Part shown: positions 50,794 to 60,011 of the stretch, one piece after another
Layout of the letters: each line of letters opens with the position of its first letter
How positions within the stretch are numbered: position 1 is the stretch's first letter
NCBI RefSeq assembly: GCF_024700885.2
Contig: NZ_CP117016.1
DNA length: 64,000 nucleotides
Strand: one strand, 5' to 3'
From: Escherichia coli
GTDB taxonomy: Bacteria > Pseudomonadota > Gammaproteobacteria > Enterobacterales > Enterobacteriaceae
Translations under genes and position numbers: made by a program
The notes under the pieces: generated by a model
Database searches by the model: none
What the model was told of the DNA's origin: nothing
What the model saw: only the letters and a program-made list of their open reading frames with translations

Positions 50794-51708
50794 CTATTCC
50801 AGTTCTTGTCGACATGGCAGCGCTGTCATCGCCCCTTTCGCCGTTACTGCAAGCGCTCCGCAACGTTGAGCGAGATCGATAATTTGTCGCATTTCTCTTT
50901 CATCTGTAGATAATCCCGTAGAGGACAGACCTGTGAGTAACCCGGCAACGAACGCATCTCCCGCCCCCGTGCTATCGACACAATTCACAGACATTCCAGC
51001 AAAATGGTGGACTTGTCCTCGATAACAGACCACCACCCCTTCTGCACCTTTAGTCACCAACAGCATGGCGATCTCATACTCTTTTGCCAGGGCGCATATA
51101 TCCCGATCGTTCTGTGTTTTTCCACTGATAAGTCGCCATTCTTCTTCCGAGAGCTTGACGACATCCGCCAGTTGTAGCGCCTGCCGCAAACACAAGCGGA
51201 GCAAATGCTCGTCTTGCCATAGATCTTCACGAATATTGGGATCGAAGCTGACAAAACCTCCGGCATGCCGGATCGCCGTCATCGCTGTAAATGCGCTGGT
51301 ACGCGAAGGCTCAGCAGACAACGCAATTGAACAGAGATGTAACCATTCGCCATGTCGCCAGCAGGGCAAGTCTGTCGTCTCTAAAAAAAGATCGGCACTG
51401 GGGCGGACCATAAACGTAAATGAACGTTCCCCTTGATCGTTCAGATCGACAAGCACCGTGGATGTCCGGTGCCATTCATCTTGCTTCAGATACGTGATAT
51501 CGACTCCCTCAGTTAGCAGCGTTCTTTGCATTAACGCACCAAAAGGATCATCCCCCACCCGACCTATAAACCCACTTATTCCGCCTAATCTGGCGATTCC
51601 CACCGCAACGTTAGCTGGCGCACCGCCAGGACAAGGCAGTAGCCGCCCGTCTGATTCTGGCAAGAGATCTACGACCGCGTCCCCTAAAACCCACACTTTG
51701 GCTGACAT
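50794..51708 (-). CDS. cscK: Fructokinase (PfkB family)
   Basis: 304-aa ORF with sugar kinase motifs (GDAVVD, DSTGAGDAF). Confidence 0.9.
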   Translation of the reverse strand: MSAKVWVLGDAVVDLLPESDGRLLPCPGGAPANVAVGIARLGGISGFIGRVGDDPFGALMQRTLLTEGVDITYLKQDEWHRTSTVLVDLNDQGERSFTFMVRPSADLFLETTDLPCWRHGEWLHLCSIALSAEPSRTSAFTAMTAIRHAGGFVSFDPNIREDLWQDEHLLRLCLRQALQLADVVKLSEEEWRLISGKTQNDRDICALAKEYEIAMLLVTKGAEGVVVCYRGQVHHFAGMSVNCVDSTGAGDAFVAGLLTGLSSTGLSTDEREMRQIIDLAQRCGALAVTAKGAMTALPCRQELE

Positions 51709-51814
51709 TTTTTTCCCTTAAATTCATCTGACTTACGCATAGTGATAAACCTCTTCTTCGCAAAATCGTCATGGATTTACTAAAACATGCATATTCGATC
51801 ACAAAACGTCATAG

Positions 51815-51826
51815 TTAACGTTAACA
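51815..51826. promoter_or_regulatory. Perfect 12-bp palindrome GTTAACGTTAAC, candidate CscR operator 1 in cscK/cscA divergent promoter
   Basis: Seen in sequence; LacI-family repressors bind such palindromes. Confidence 0.5.
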
Positions 51827-51877
51827 TTTGTGATATTCATCGCATTTATGAAAGTAAGGGACTTTATTTTTATAAAA

Positions 51878-51889
51878 GTTAACGTTAAC
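51878..51889. promoter_or_regulatory. Second copy of GTTAACGTTAAC, candidate CscR operator 2
   Basis: Identical palindrome 63 bp from the first. Confidence 0.5.
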
Positions 51890-51923
51890 AATTCACCAAA
51901 TTTGCTTAACCAGGATGATAAAA

Positions 51924-53357
51924 ATGACGCAATCTCGATTACATGCGGCGCAAAACGCACTAGCAAAACTTCACGAGCGCCGAGGTAACACTTTCTATCC
52001 CCATTTTCACCTCGCGCCTCCTGCCGGGTGGATGAACGATCCAAACGGCCTGATCTGGTTTAACGATCGTTATCACGCGTTTTATCAACATCACCCGATG
52101 AGCGAACACTGGGGGCCAATGCACTGGGGACATGCCACCAGCGACGATATGATCCACTGGCAGCATGAGCCTATTGCGCTAGCGCCAGGAGACGAGAATG
52201 ACAAAGACGGGTGTTTTTCAGGTAGTGCTGTCGATGACAATGGTGTCCTCTCACTTATCTACACCGGGCACGTCTGGCTCGATGGTGCAGGTAATGACGA
52301 TGCAATTCGCGAAGTACAATGTCTGGCTACCAGTCGGGATGGTATTCATTTCGAGAAACAGGGTGTGATCCTCACTCCACCAGAAGGAATCATGCACTTC
52401 CGCGATCCTAAAGTGTGGCGTGAAGCCGACACATGGTGGATGGTAGTCGGGGCGAAAGACCCAGGCAACACGGGGCAGATCCTGCTTTATCGCGGCAGTT
52501 CATTACGTGAATGGACTTTCGATCGCGTACTGGCCCACGCTGATGCGGGTGAAAGCTATATGTGGGAATGTCCGGACTTTTTCAGCCTTGGCGATCAGCA
52601 TTATCTGATGTTTTCCCCGCAGGGAATGAATGCCGAGGGATACAGTTACCGAAATCGCTTTCAAAGTGGCGTAATACCCGGAATGTGGTCGCCAGGACGA
52701 CTTTTTGCACAATCCGGGCATTTTACTGAACTTGATAACGGGCATGACTTTTATGCACCACAAAGCTTTTTAGCGAAGGATGGTCGGCGTATTGTTATCG
52801 GCTGGATGGATATGTGGGAATCGCCAATGCCCTCAAAACGTGAAGGCTGGGCAGGCTGCATGACGCTGGCGCGCGAGCTATCAGAGAGCAATGGCAAACT
52901 TCTACAACGCCCGGTACACGAAGCTGAGTCGTTACGCCAGCAGCATCAATCTATCTCTCCCCGCACAATCAGCAATAAATATGTTTTGCAGGAAAACGCG
53001 CAAGCAGTTGAGATTCAGTTGCAGTGGGCGCTGAAGAACGGTGATGCCGAACATTACGGATTACAGCTCGGCACTGGAATGCGGCTGTATATTGATAACC
53101 AATCTGAGCGACTTGTTTTGTGGCGGTATTACCCACACGAGAATTTAGATGGCTACCGTAGTATTCCCCTCCCGCAGGGTGACATGCTCGCCCTAAGGAT
53201 ATTTATCGATACATCATCCGTGGAAGTATTTATTAACGACGGGGAGGCGGTGATGAGTAGCCGAATATATCCGCAGCCAGAAGAACGGGAACTGTCGCTC
53301 TATGCCTCCCACGGAGTGGCTGTGCTGCAACATGGAGCACTCTGGCAACTGGGTTAA
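51924..53357 (+). CDS. cscA: Sucrose-6-phosphate hydrolase / invertase (GH32)
   Basis: ORF with WMNDPNG catalytic motif; start placed at MTQSRL. Confidence 0.9.
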   Translation: MTQSRLHAAQNALAKLHERRGNTFYPHFHLAPPAGWMNDPNGLIWFNDRYHAFYQHHPMSEHWGPMHWGHATSDDMIHWQHEPIALAPGDENDKDGCFSGSAVDDNGVLSLIYTGHVWLDGAGNDDAIREVQCLATSRDGIHFEKQGVILTPPEGIMHFRDPKVWREADTWWMVVGAKDPGNTGQILLYRGSSLREWTFDRVLAHADAGESYMWECPDFFSLGDQHYLMFSPQGMNAEGYSYRNRFQSGVIPGMWSPGRLFAQSGHFTELDNGHDFYAPQSFLAKDGRRIVIGWMDMWESPMPSKREGWAGCMTLARELSESNGKLLQRPVHEAESLRQQHQSISPRTISNKYVLQENAQAVEIQLQWALKNGDAEHYGLQLGTGMRLYIDNQSERLVLWRYYPHENLDGYRSIPLPQGDMLALRIFIDTSSVEVFINDGEAVMSSRIYPQPEERELSLYASHGVAVLQHGALWQLG

Positions 53358-53364
53358 CATAATA

Positions 53365-54360
53365 TCAGGTGGAACAACGGATCAACAGCGGGCAAGGGAT
53401 CCGCGTCACTCTTCCTCCTTCACGACCTTCAATAATATGCAATGCAGCTTCCCGCCCGATAATGTCATGTGGAAGCTGAATTGTGGTCAGCGGCGGTAAA
53501 AACAGATGCCCGACGCCAACCAGATTATCAAAGCCCATTACGGCGACATCCTGCGGGATACGTACCCCCTTCGCCAGGAGAACCTGATAAGCGACAAAGG
53601 CTGCGCGATCGTTACCACATATCAGAACATCAAAATCTGGTTTGCCAGATTTGAAGTGGTCATTGAGTAAACTTGCGAGATCGGTGTAGTGATCATCACC
53701 TGTTGCCATGTGAAATTGTTTCACCTCAGCCAGATCTCGTCCAGCATCACGCCAGGCCTGCTCAAATCCCTGCCGACGATACCCTGTTGCCAACGCACTT
53801 TCCGGTAGCCAGAAGCATAACGGTTGACGATAGCCCGCCGCGAGCAAATGCTGTGTTGATTCATATTGTGCAGTGTAATCATCAGGGATATAACTGGGTA
53901 ACGCTGGGTCATCCGCCACACAGTTCGCCAATACAATATTTTCACCATACAGAGACTCAGGCAGCGTGATATGTCGCAGCCCCATTGTAGTATAGATAAT
54001 GCCATCCGGACGGTGGGCAAGCAGCTGACGTGCCGCGCGGGCAGCGTCATCTTCAGAAAAAATATTGATTAAAAAACTATTCCAGCCGAACTCGCTGGCG
54101 GTTTGCTCAATGGCAAGCAGAATATCAACAGAGAAAGGAGTGGTAGCAGTGTCCTGCGCCAGCACGGCGAGAGTCGACGGCTTACGTCCTTGAGCGCGCA
54201 TCTTACGGGCGGAAAGATCAGGAACATAATTCAGGGTCTGGATTGCCTGCAATACGCGGTCACGCGTTGCAGGACGCACAGATTCTGCATTATGCATCAC
54301 CCGGGAGACTGTCATCATCGACACTCCCGCCAGGCGTGCGACATCCTTTAATGAAGCCAT
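53365..54360 (-). CDS. cscR: LacI-family sucrose operon repressor
   Basis: N-terminal HTH MASLKDVARLAGVSMMTVSRV; start placed at ATG 54358-54360, the track ORF has a 66-codon upstream extension. Confidence 0.85.
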   Translation of the reverse strand: MASLKDVARLAGVSMMTVSRVMHNAESVRPATRDRVLQAIQTLNYVPDLSARKMRAQGRKPSTLAVLAQDTATTPFSVDILLAIEQTASEFGWNSFLINIFSEDDAARAARQLLAHRPDGIIYTTMGLRHITLPESLYGENIVLANCVADDPALPSYIPDDYTAQYESTQHLLAAGYRQPLCFWLPESALATGYRRQGFEQAWRDAGRDLAEVKQFHMATGDDHYTDLASLLNDHFKSGKPDFDVLICGNDRAAFVAYQVLLAKGVRIPQDVAVMGFDNLVGVGHLFLPPLTTIQLPHDIIGREAALHIIEGREGGRVTRIPCPLLIRCST

Positions 54361-54590
54361 ACCCAAGCCGTTTGCCGTAAAACGGGCACTGTAGCAGAAA
54401 CAGACGTCACTGGCGAGATCCAACGATATTCTCAACGCCCTATCACCCGACACGGCAATACAATAAAAAATAACAATAATTCCCGGACAATTGTGCCCAA
54501 TTCCGCCTCTGTTCTCGCCAACGAGTAACCATATAGGCAAGTAGGTAAAACATGCCAACTGGCATCGCCAACCTGGAGAAGAAAATATAA

Positions 54591-54821
54591 ATATGGATCA
54601 TTGTGCTGCCGCTGTATCCCGACATCAGCCCGGAAATTATTGCGATTGCTATCGGTTCAGGTGCGATTGGCTGCACGATCGTTACGGACTCGCTTTTCTG
54701 GCTGGTGAAGCAATATTGCGGCGCTACGCTCAATGAAACATTTAAATACTATACGACAGCGACATTTATCGCTTCAGTCGTCGCTCTGGCGGGCACATTC
54801 CTGCTGTCATTTATCATCTAA
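54591..54821 (+). pseudogene. dsdX: 3-prime remnant of the D-serine permease gene dsdX (last ~76 codons, no start)
   Basis: Hydrophobic GntP-like C-terminus directly upstream of dsdA; bounded upstream by an in-frame stop at 54588-54590. Confidence 0.65.
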
Positions 54822-54838
54822 GCGCAAAGAGACGTACT

Positions 54839-56167
54839 ATGGAAAACGCTAAAATGAACTCGCTCATCGCCCAGTATCCGTTGGTAAAGGATCTGGTTGC
54901 TCTTAAAGAAACCACCTGGTTTAATCCTGGCACGACCTCATTGGCTGAAGGTTTACCTTATGTTGGCCTGACCGAACAGGATGTTCAGGACGCCCATGCG
55001 CGCTTATCCCGTTTTGCACCCTATCTGGCAAAAGCATTTCCTGAAACTGCTGCCACTGGGGGAATTATTGAATCAGAACTGGTTGCCATTCCGGCTATGC
55101 AAAAACGGCTGGAAAAGGAATATCAACAACCGATCAGCAGGCAACTGTTACTGAAAAAAGATAGCCATTTGCCCATTTCCGGCTCCATAAAAGCACGCGG
55201 CGGGATTTATGAAGTCCTGGCACATGCAGAAAAACTGGCTCTGGAAGCGGGGTTGCTGACGCCTGAAGATGACTACAGCAAACTGCTGTCTCCGGAGTTT
55301 AAACAGTTCTTTAGCCAATACAGCATTGCTGTGGGCTCAACCGGAAATCTGGGGTTATCAATCGGCATTATGAGCGCCCGCATTGGCTTTAAGGTGACAG
55401 TACATATGTCTGCTGATGCCCGAGCATGGAAAAAAGCGAAACTGCGCAGCCATGGCGTTACGGTCGTGGAATATGAGCAAGATTATGGTGTTGCAGTCGA
55501 GGAAGGACGTAAAGCAGCGCAGTCTGACCCGAACTGTTTCTTTATTGATGACGAGAATTCCCGCACGTTGTTCCTTGGGTATTCCGTCGCAGGCCAGCGT
55601 CTTAAAGCGCAATTTGCCGAGCAAGGTCGTATTGTCGATGCTGATAACCCTCTGTTTGTCTATCTGCCGTGTGGTGTTGGCGGTGGTCCTGGTGGCGTCG
55701 CATTCGGGCTTAAACTGGCATTTGGCGATCATGTTCACTGCTTTTTTGCCGAACCAACGCACTCCCCTTGTATGCTGTTAGGCGTCCATACAGGATTACA
55801 CGATCAGATTTCTGTTCAGGATATTGGTATCGACAACCTTACCGCAGCGGATGGCCTTGCAGTTGGTCGCGCATCAGGCTTTGTCGGGCGGGCAATGGAG
55901 CGTCTACTAGATGGCTTCTATACCCTTAGCGATCAAACCATGTATGACATGCTTGGCTGGCTGGCGCAGGAAGAAGGTATTCGTCTTGAACCTTCGGCAC
56001 TGGCGGGTATGGCCGGGCCTCAGCGCGTGTGCGCATCAGTAAGTTACCAACAGATGCACGGTTTCAGCGCAGAACAACTGCGTAATGCCACTCATCTGGT
56101 GTGGGCGACGGGAGGTGGAATGGTGCCGGAAGAAGAGATGGAGCAATATCTGGCAAAAGGCCGCTAA
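54839..56167 (+). CDS. dsdA: D-serine dehydratase (ammonia-lyase)
   Basis: 442-aa ORF recognised as DsdA. Confidence 0.95.
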   Translation: MENAKMNSLIAQYPLVKDLVALKETTWFNPGTTSLAEGLPYVGLTEQDVQDAHARLSRFAPYLAKAFPETAATGGIIESELVAIPAMQKRLEKEYQQPISRQLLLKKDSHLPISGSIKARGGIYEVLAHAEKLALEAGLLTPEDDYSKLLSPEFKQFFSQYSIAVGSTGNLGLSIGIMSARIGFKVTVHMSADARAWKKAKLRSHGVTVVEYEQDYGVAVEEGRKAAQSDPNCFFIDDENSRTLFLGYSVAGQRLKAQFAEQGRIVDADNPLFVYLPCGVGGGPGGVAFGLKLAFGDHVHCFFAEPTHSPCMLLGVHTGLHDQISVQDIGIDNLTAADGLAVGRASGFVGRAMERLLDGFYTLSDQTMYDMLGWLAQEEGIRLEPSALAGMAGPQRVCASVSYQQMHGFSAEQLRNATHLVWATGGGMVPEEEMEQYLAKGR

Positions 56168-56275
56168 TTAATTTTCAATGCAGCATCGCCATCCTTTCCC
56201 TGGGTGAGCGATGCTGCCGATGGCGCAGGCTTAAGATTCTACCGTCTTACCTGCTATAGCTCTCTCTTTTTACCA

Positions 56276-57814
56276 TCACCCAACACCTTTCGCTGTAAAC
56301 GGCGGTTTCGCAAACCAAACCAATACCGTAAGTAAGATAAAAGCAATAGCCGCCATACGGAAAATCTCATTTGCAGAAATTGAAAGTGATTGCTGAGTTA
56401 TTTCATTATTAATTTCATTAAGAACCCCTGAAAGCGAACCATAGTATTTATCCATAATTTGTGACGATGAATTAAACACGGGGTTAAATTGATCGATGGT
56501 TGCTGTCAACTGACTATGGTGTAACGATTCGCGTCGTCCCCACAGCGTCATTGTCAACGACGTACCAACTGATCCTGACAAGGTACGAAAAAAATTACTC
56601 ATACTCGAGGCATTAGCAAATTTATTATCTGGCAAACCTGAAAACGAAATCGTTGTTAAGGGTAAAAAGAAACAGGCGACGGCGAATCCCTGAAAAAACT
56701 GTGGCAAAATGATGCCTGTAAAATCAATCGTTGGCATAAATGTCACAGAACGCCAGTAATAGCAAACCGCATACATCAAAAAACTAAATGTCACTAACAA
56801 CCGCATGTCTATTTTGTTGCCATAACGTCCTATCAAAGGTGAAATTAATAGTGGCATGATGCCGATGGGCGCATAAGCAAGTCCGGCCCATATCGCATTA
56901 TACCCCATCGTTTCCTGGAGTAACTGCGGCATAAGGACGATCGCCCCAGAGTAAAATAAATATGCGCATGTGATACTCACAATACCAATGGTGAAATTAC
57001 GGGACTTAAATAAACTGAGATCAAGAATCGGATTCTCTGAGGTCGACTCCCAAATGACTAAAGAAATCAGAGAAATAACTGACACTACTGTTAGTATTAT
57101 TATTGTACTCGAGTTGAACCAATCCAGATCGCGCCCTTTATCAAGCATTATCTGCAAGCCACCAACACCGAGCACTAACAGGGTCAGTCCTGGTAGATTC
57201 ATTTTGACCGGTGAAGTCTCAGTTTCTCTTCCTTTAAGTAAGGTTAAGCATAATGTCAGGACGATAATCCCCATTGGGACATTGATTAAAAATATCCAAC
57301 CCCAGCTAAAGTTATCGCAAATGTAGCCACCCAATATCGGCCCACATATCGGAGCGATAATTACGGTCATTGACCATAATGCCAGAGCAAATGTTCTTTT
57401 TTCTGGCGGATAATTCCTTAATAATAAACTCTGTGACAGTGGAATTAACGGCCCCGCCATTAATCCCTGAACGACTCTAAAAAATATCAGCACATCAAGA
57501 TTGGTCGATAAACTACACATTAAGGAAGACAGCGAAAAAAAAGTGACTGAAAGTAAAAATAACCTTAATTCGCCTATTCTTTGTGCCAGCCTGCCGGTAA
57601 CAGGGATCGCAATGGCATTTGCTACGCCAAACGAAGTGATAACCCAGGTGCCTTCGTCTGTTGATGCTCCCAGAAAGCCAGATATTGTCGGTATTGCGAC
57701 GTTAGAAATAGTGGAATCCAACATTTGCATAAACGTCGCTAATGACAATGCAATAGTAACGCACCATAACGTCCCACCGGTTAATGGTGCCGGAGTTGAT
57801 TTAGTGATTGCCAT
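56276..57814 (-). CDS. emrY: Multidrug efflux MFS transporter EmrY
   Basis: 512-aa 14-TM ORF. Confidence 0.9.
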   Translation of the reverse strand: MAITKSTPAPLTGGTLWCVTIALSLATFMQMLDSTISNVAIPTISGFLGASTDEGTWVITSFGVANAIAIPVTGRLAQRIGELRLFLLSVTFFSLSSLMCSLSTNLDVLIFFRVVQGLMAGPLIPLSQSLLLRNYPPEKRTFALALWSMTVIIAPICGPILGGYICDNFSWGWIFLINVPMGIIVLTLCLTLLKGRETETSPVKMNLPGLTLLVLGVGGLQIMLDKGRDLDWFNSSTIIILTVVSVISLISLVIWESTSENPILDLSLFKSRNFTIGIVSITCAYLFYSGAIVLMPQLLQETMGYNAIWAGLAYAPIGIMPLLISPLIGRYGNKIDMRLLVTFSFLMYAVCYYWRSVTFMPTIDFTGIILPQFFQGFAVACFFLPLTTISFSGLPDNKFANASSMSNFFRTLSGSVGTSLTMTLWGRRESLHHSQLTATIDQFNPVFNSSSQIMDKYYGSLSGVLNEINNEITQQSLSISANEIFRMAAIAFILLTVLVWFAKPPFTAKGVG

Positions 57815-58977
57815 TAAAGTTGTCCATTATGCGAAATAATGTTGCTAATTTCTTTTTCTATCGGACTGGTATCGATAACTAAAGCCTTACTGGTATAAGC
57901 AGGCATGGACGTCACGGTTGAAGCCAGCTCAGGCATCTCGGCAATGTCTTCGTTCTTCGTATCAATAGTTGCTGTCATCGATAAACCAATACGTAAGGGA
58001 TGTTCCATGAGTTCTTTTGGATCAAGAGAAACTTCAACCGGTACACGCTGAACGATTTTGATCCAGTTCCCTGTCGCATTTTGTGCAGGTAATAAGGAGA
58101 ACGCATTGCCGGTTCCCATATTGATCCCTGTCACCCGACCATGAAACACAACATTTTCACCATAAAGATCGCTGATAATATTGACCGATTGACCAATCCG
58201 CACATCCGTGAGTTGTGTTTCTTTAAAGTTGGCATTAACCCACATTTGACGTGCCGGTACGACAGCCATTAACGATTGTCCGGGACTCACTGTTTCGCCG
58301 ACCTGAACGCTTCTCTGGGCAATATAGCCGGTAACAGGACTCTTAATATCCGTACGTTTAAGCGCTAACCAGGCTTCTTTGGTTGCATCCGCCGCTTCAA
58401 CGACTTGTGGCTGACGGTTTAATGGTGTGTTCATTACTAAAGCTTTATTCGCTTTATAAGCCTGGATAGCGGCATTCAATGCCGCTTTGCTACTTATTAA
58501 CGTATCTTTGGTATGCTCCAGCGTTTCTTTTGAAATAACCCCCTGCTTCGCTAAAGGTACACGACGGTTATAATCTTCTAAAGATTGTTGATACTGAATA
58601 CGAGCTGAAGCGACTTCGGCACTGTATTGTTTATCCTGTAAGTACAGTTTATTCGTTTGCCGAACAATATTTGCCAGATTATTTTTAGCTTTATTGAGTG
58701 CGATAGTGGCATCAGTTTTATCTAGTGAAACTAAAATGTCACCCTGTCGAACGTAGTTCGTATCTTTATGATTAACGACAGTGACACTACCTGAGACTTG
58801 TGCAGAAATTGGATCTGCATTCCCCGTGACATAGGCGTCATCTGTACTAATCATGTCTTCTAATTCCATTGACCAATAGGCATAGGCACCTGAAAACGCA
58901 ATAAATAAAACTACCGCCAATAAAGAAAAGTATTTTCTTCTGTTAGAATGTTTTTTATTTGAATTAATCTGTTCCAC
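57814..58977 (-). CDS. emrK: Multidrug efflux periplasmic adaptor EmrK
   Basis: 387-aa HlyD-family ORF; stop overlaps emrY start. Confidence 0.9.
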   Translation of the reverse strand: MEQINSNKKHSNRRKYFSLLAVVLFIAFSGAYAYWSMELEDMISTDDAYVTGNADPISAQVSGSVTVVNHKDTNYVRQGDILVSLDKTDATIALNKAKNNLANIVRQTNKLYLQDKQYSAEVASARIQYQQSLEDYNRRVPLAKQGVISKETLEHTKDTLISSKAALNAAIQAYKANKALVMNTPLNRQPQVVEAADATKEAWLALKRTDIKSPVTGYIAQRSVQVGETVSPGQSLMAVVPARQMWVNANFKETQLTDVRIGQSVNIISDLYGENVVFHGRVTGINMGTGNAFSLLPAQNATGNWIKIVQRVPVEVSLDPKELMEHPLRIGLSMTATIDTKNEDIAEMPELASTVTSMPAYTSKALVIDTSPIEKEISNIISHNGQL

Positions 58978-59150
58978 TATTATCTCTCATTTCGCATAGA
59001 TGAAATTTATGAATTGAATGAAAAGAGTATTCATTCTTCATATCAAACACAGTGCATGTGTTGCACATTATCCCAGGAACGTTGGAGGCCTAATTTAAAT
59101 GAGGTGCAAAAGAAACAACAGAGGACTAAACCGTGGCTTTTGCAATAAAA

Positions 59151-59168
59151 TTCTTACGCCTGTAGGAT
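59151..59168. promoter_or_regulatory. Candidate EvgA box (TTCTTACGCCTGTAGGAT) in emrK/evgA divergent region
   Basis: Imperfect inverted repeat TTCTTAC/GTAGGAT about 175 bp upstream of emrK. Confidence 0.4.
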
Positions 59169-59392
59169 TAGTGAGAAGACTTATAGTGCCAATGTGAAAC
59201 TATAAATCATCGGTACAATCCCTGATTTTATTGTTGACATTTCATTTATGCCGACTATTTATATGGTATACTTGTCGAATTATCTTAAAGGAAGCTCAAA
59301 TTTTCTTATTTTTATTGAGAAAGTGAGATGATGCCTTATGTCTGTATTACTACAGGGAGAAGGGAGATGCTTCATTGCAAAGGGAATAATCT

Positions 59393-60007
59393 ATGAACGC
59401 AATAATTATTGATGACCATCCTCTTGCTATCGCAGCTATTCGTAATTTATTGATCAAAAACGATATTGAAATCTTAGCAGAGTTGACTGAAGGCGGAAGT
59501 GCCGTTCAGCGGGTGGAAACACTTAAGCCTGATATCGTCATCATTGATGTCGATATCCCCGGAGTTAACGGTATCCAGGTGTTAGAAACGCTGAGGAAGC
59601 GCCAATATAGCGGAATTATTATTATCGTCTCCGCTAAAAATGACCATTTTTACGGGAAACATTGTGCTGATGCTGGCGCTAATGGTTTCGTGAGTAAAAA
59701 AGAAGGCATGAACAATATCATTGCGGCTATTGAAGCTGCAAAAAATGGCTACTGCTATTTCCCCTTCTCTCTCAACCGGTTTGTTGGAAGTTTAACGTCC
59801 GACCAGCAAAAACTCGACTCCTTATCGAAACAAGAAATTAGTGTCATGCGATATATTCTTGATGGCAAGGATAATAATGACATTGCTGAAAAAATGTTCA
59901 TCAGCAACAAAACTGTCAGCACGTATAAAAGTCGCCTGATGGAAAAATTAGAATGTAAATCACTGATGGATCTTTACACATTCGCACAACGTAACAAAAT
60001 CGGCTAA
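59393..60007 (+). CDS. evgA: Acid-resistance and multidrug-resistance response regulator EvgA
   Basis: 204-aa ORF, receiver plus LuxR-type HTH. Confidence 0.95.
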   Translation: MNAIIIDDHPLAIAAIRNLLIKNDIEILAELTEGGSAVQRVETLKPDIVIIDVDIPGVNGIQVLETLRKRQYSGIIIIVSAKNDHFYGKHCADAGANGFVSKKEGMNNIIAAIEAAKNGYCYFPFSLNRFVGSLTSDQQKLDSLSKQEISVMRYILDGKDNNDIAEKMFISNKTVSTYKSRLMEKLECKSLMDLYTFAQRNKIG

Positions 60008-60011
60008 CCAC

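Noticed and set aside
56168..56275. Inverted repeat gcagcatcgc...gcgatgctgc between dsdA and emrY as a terminator or REP
   Set aside because: Long loop and no T-tract; does not match REP consensus; function not supportable from sequence alone.
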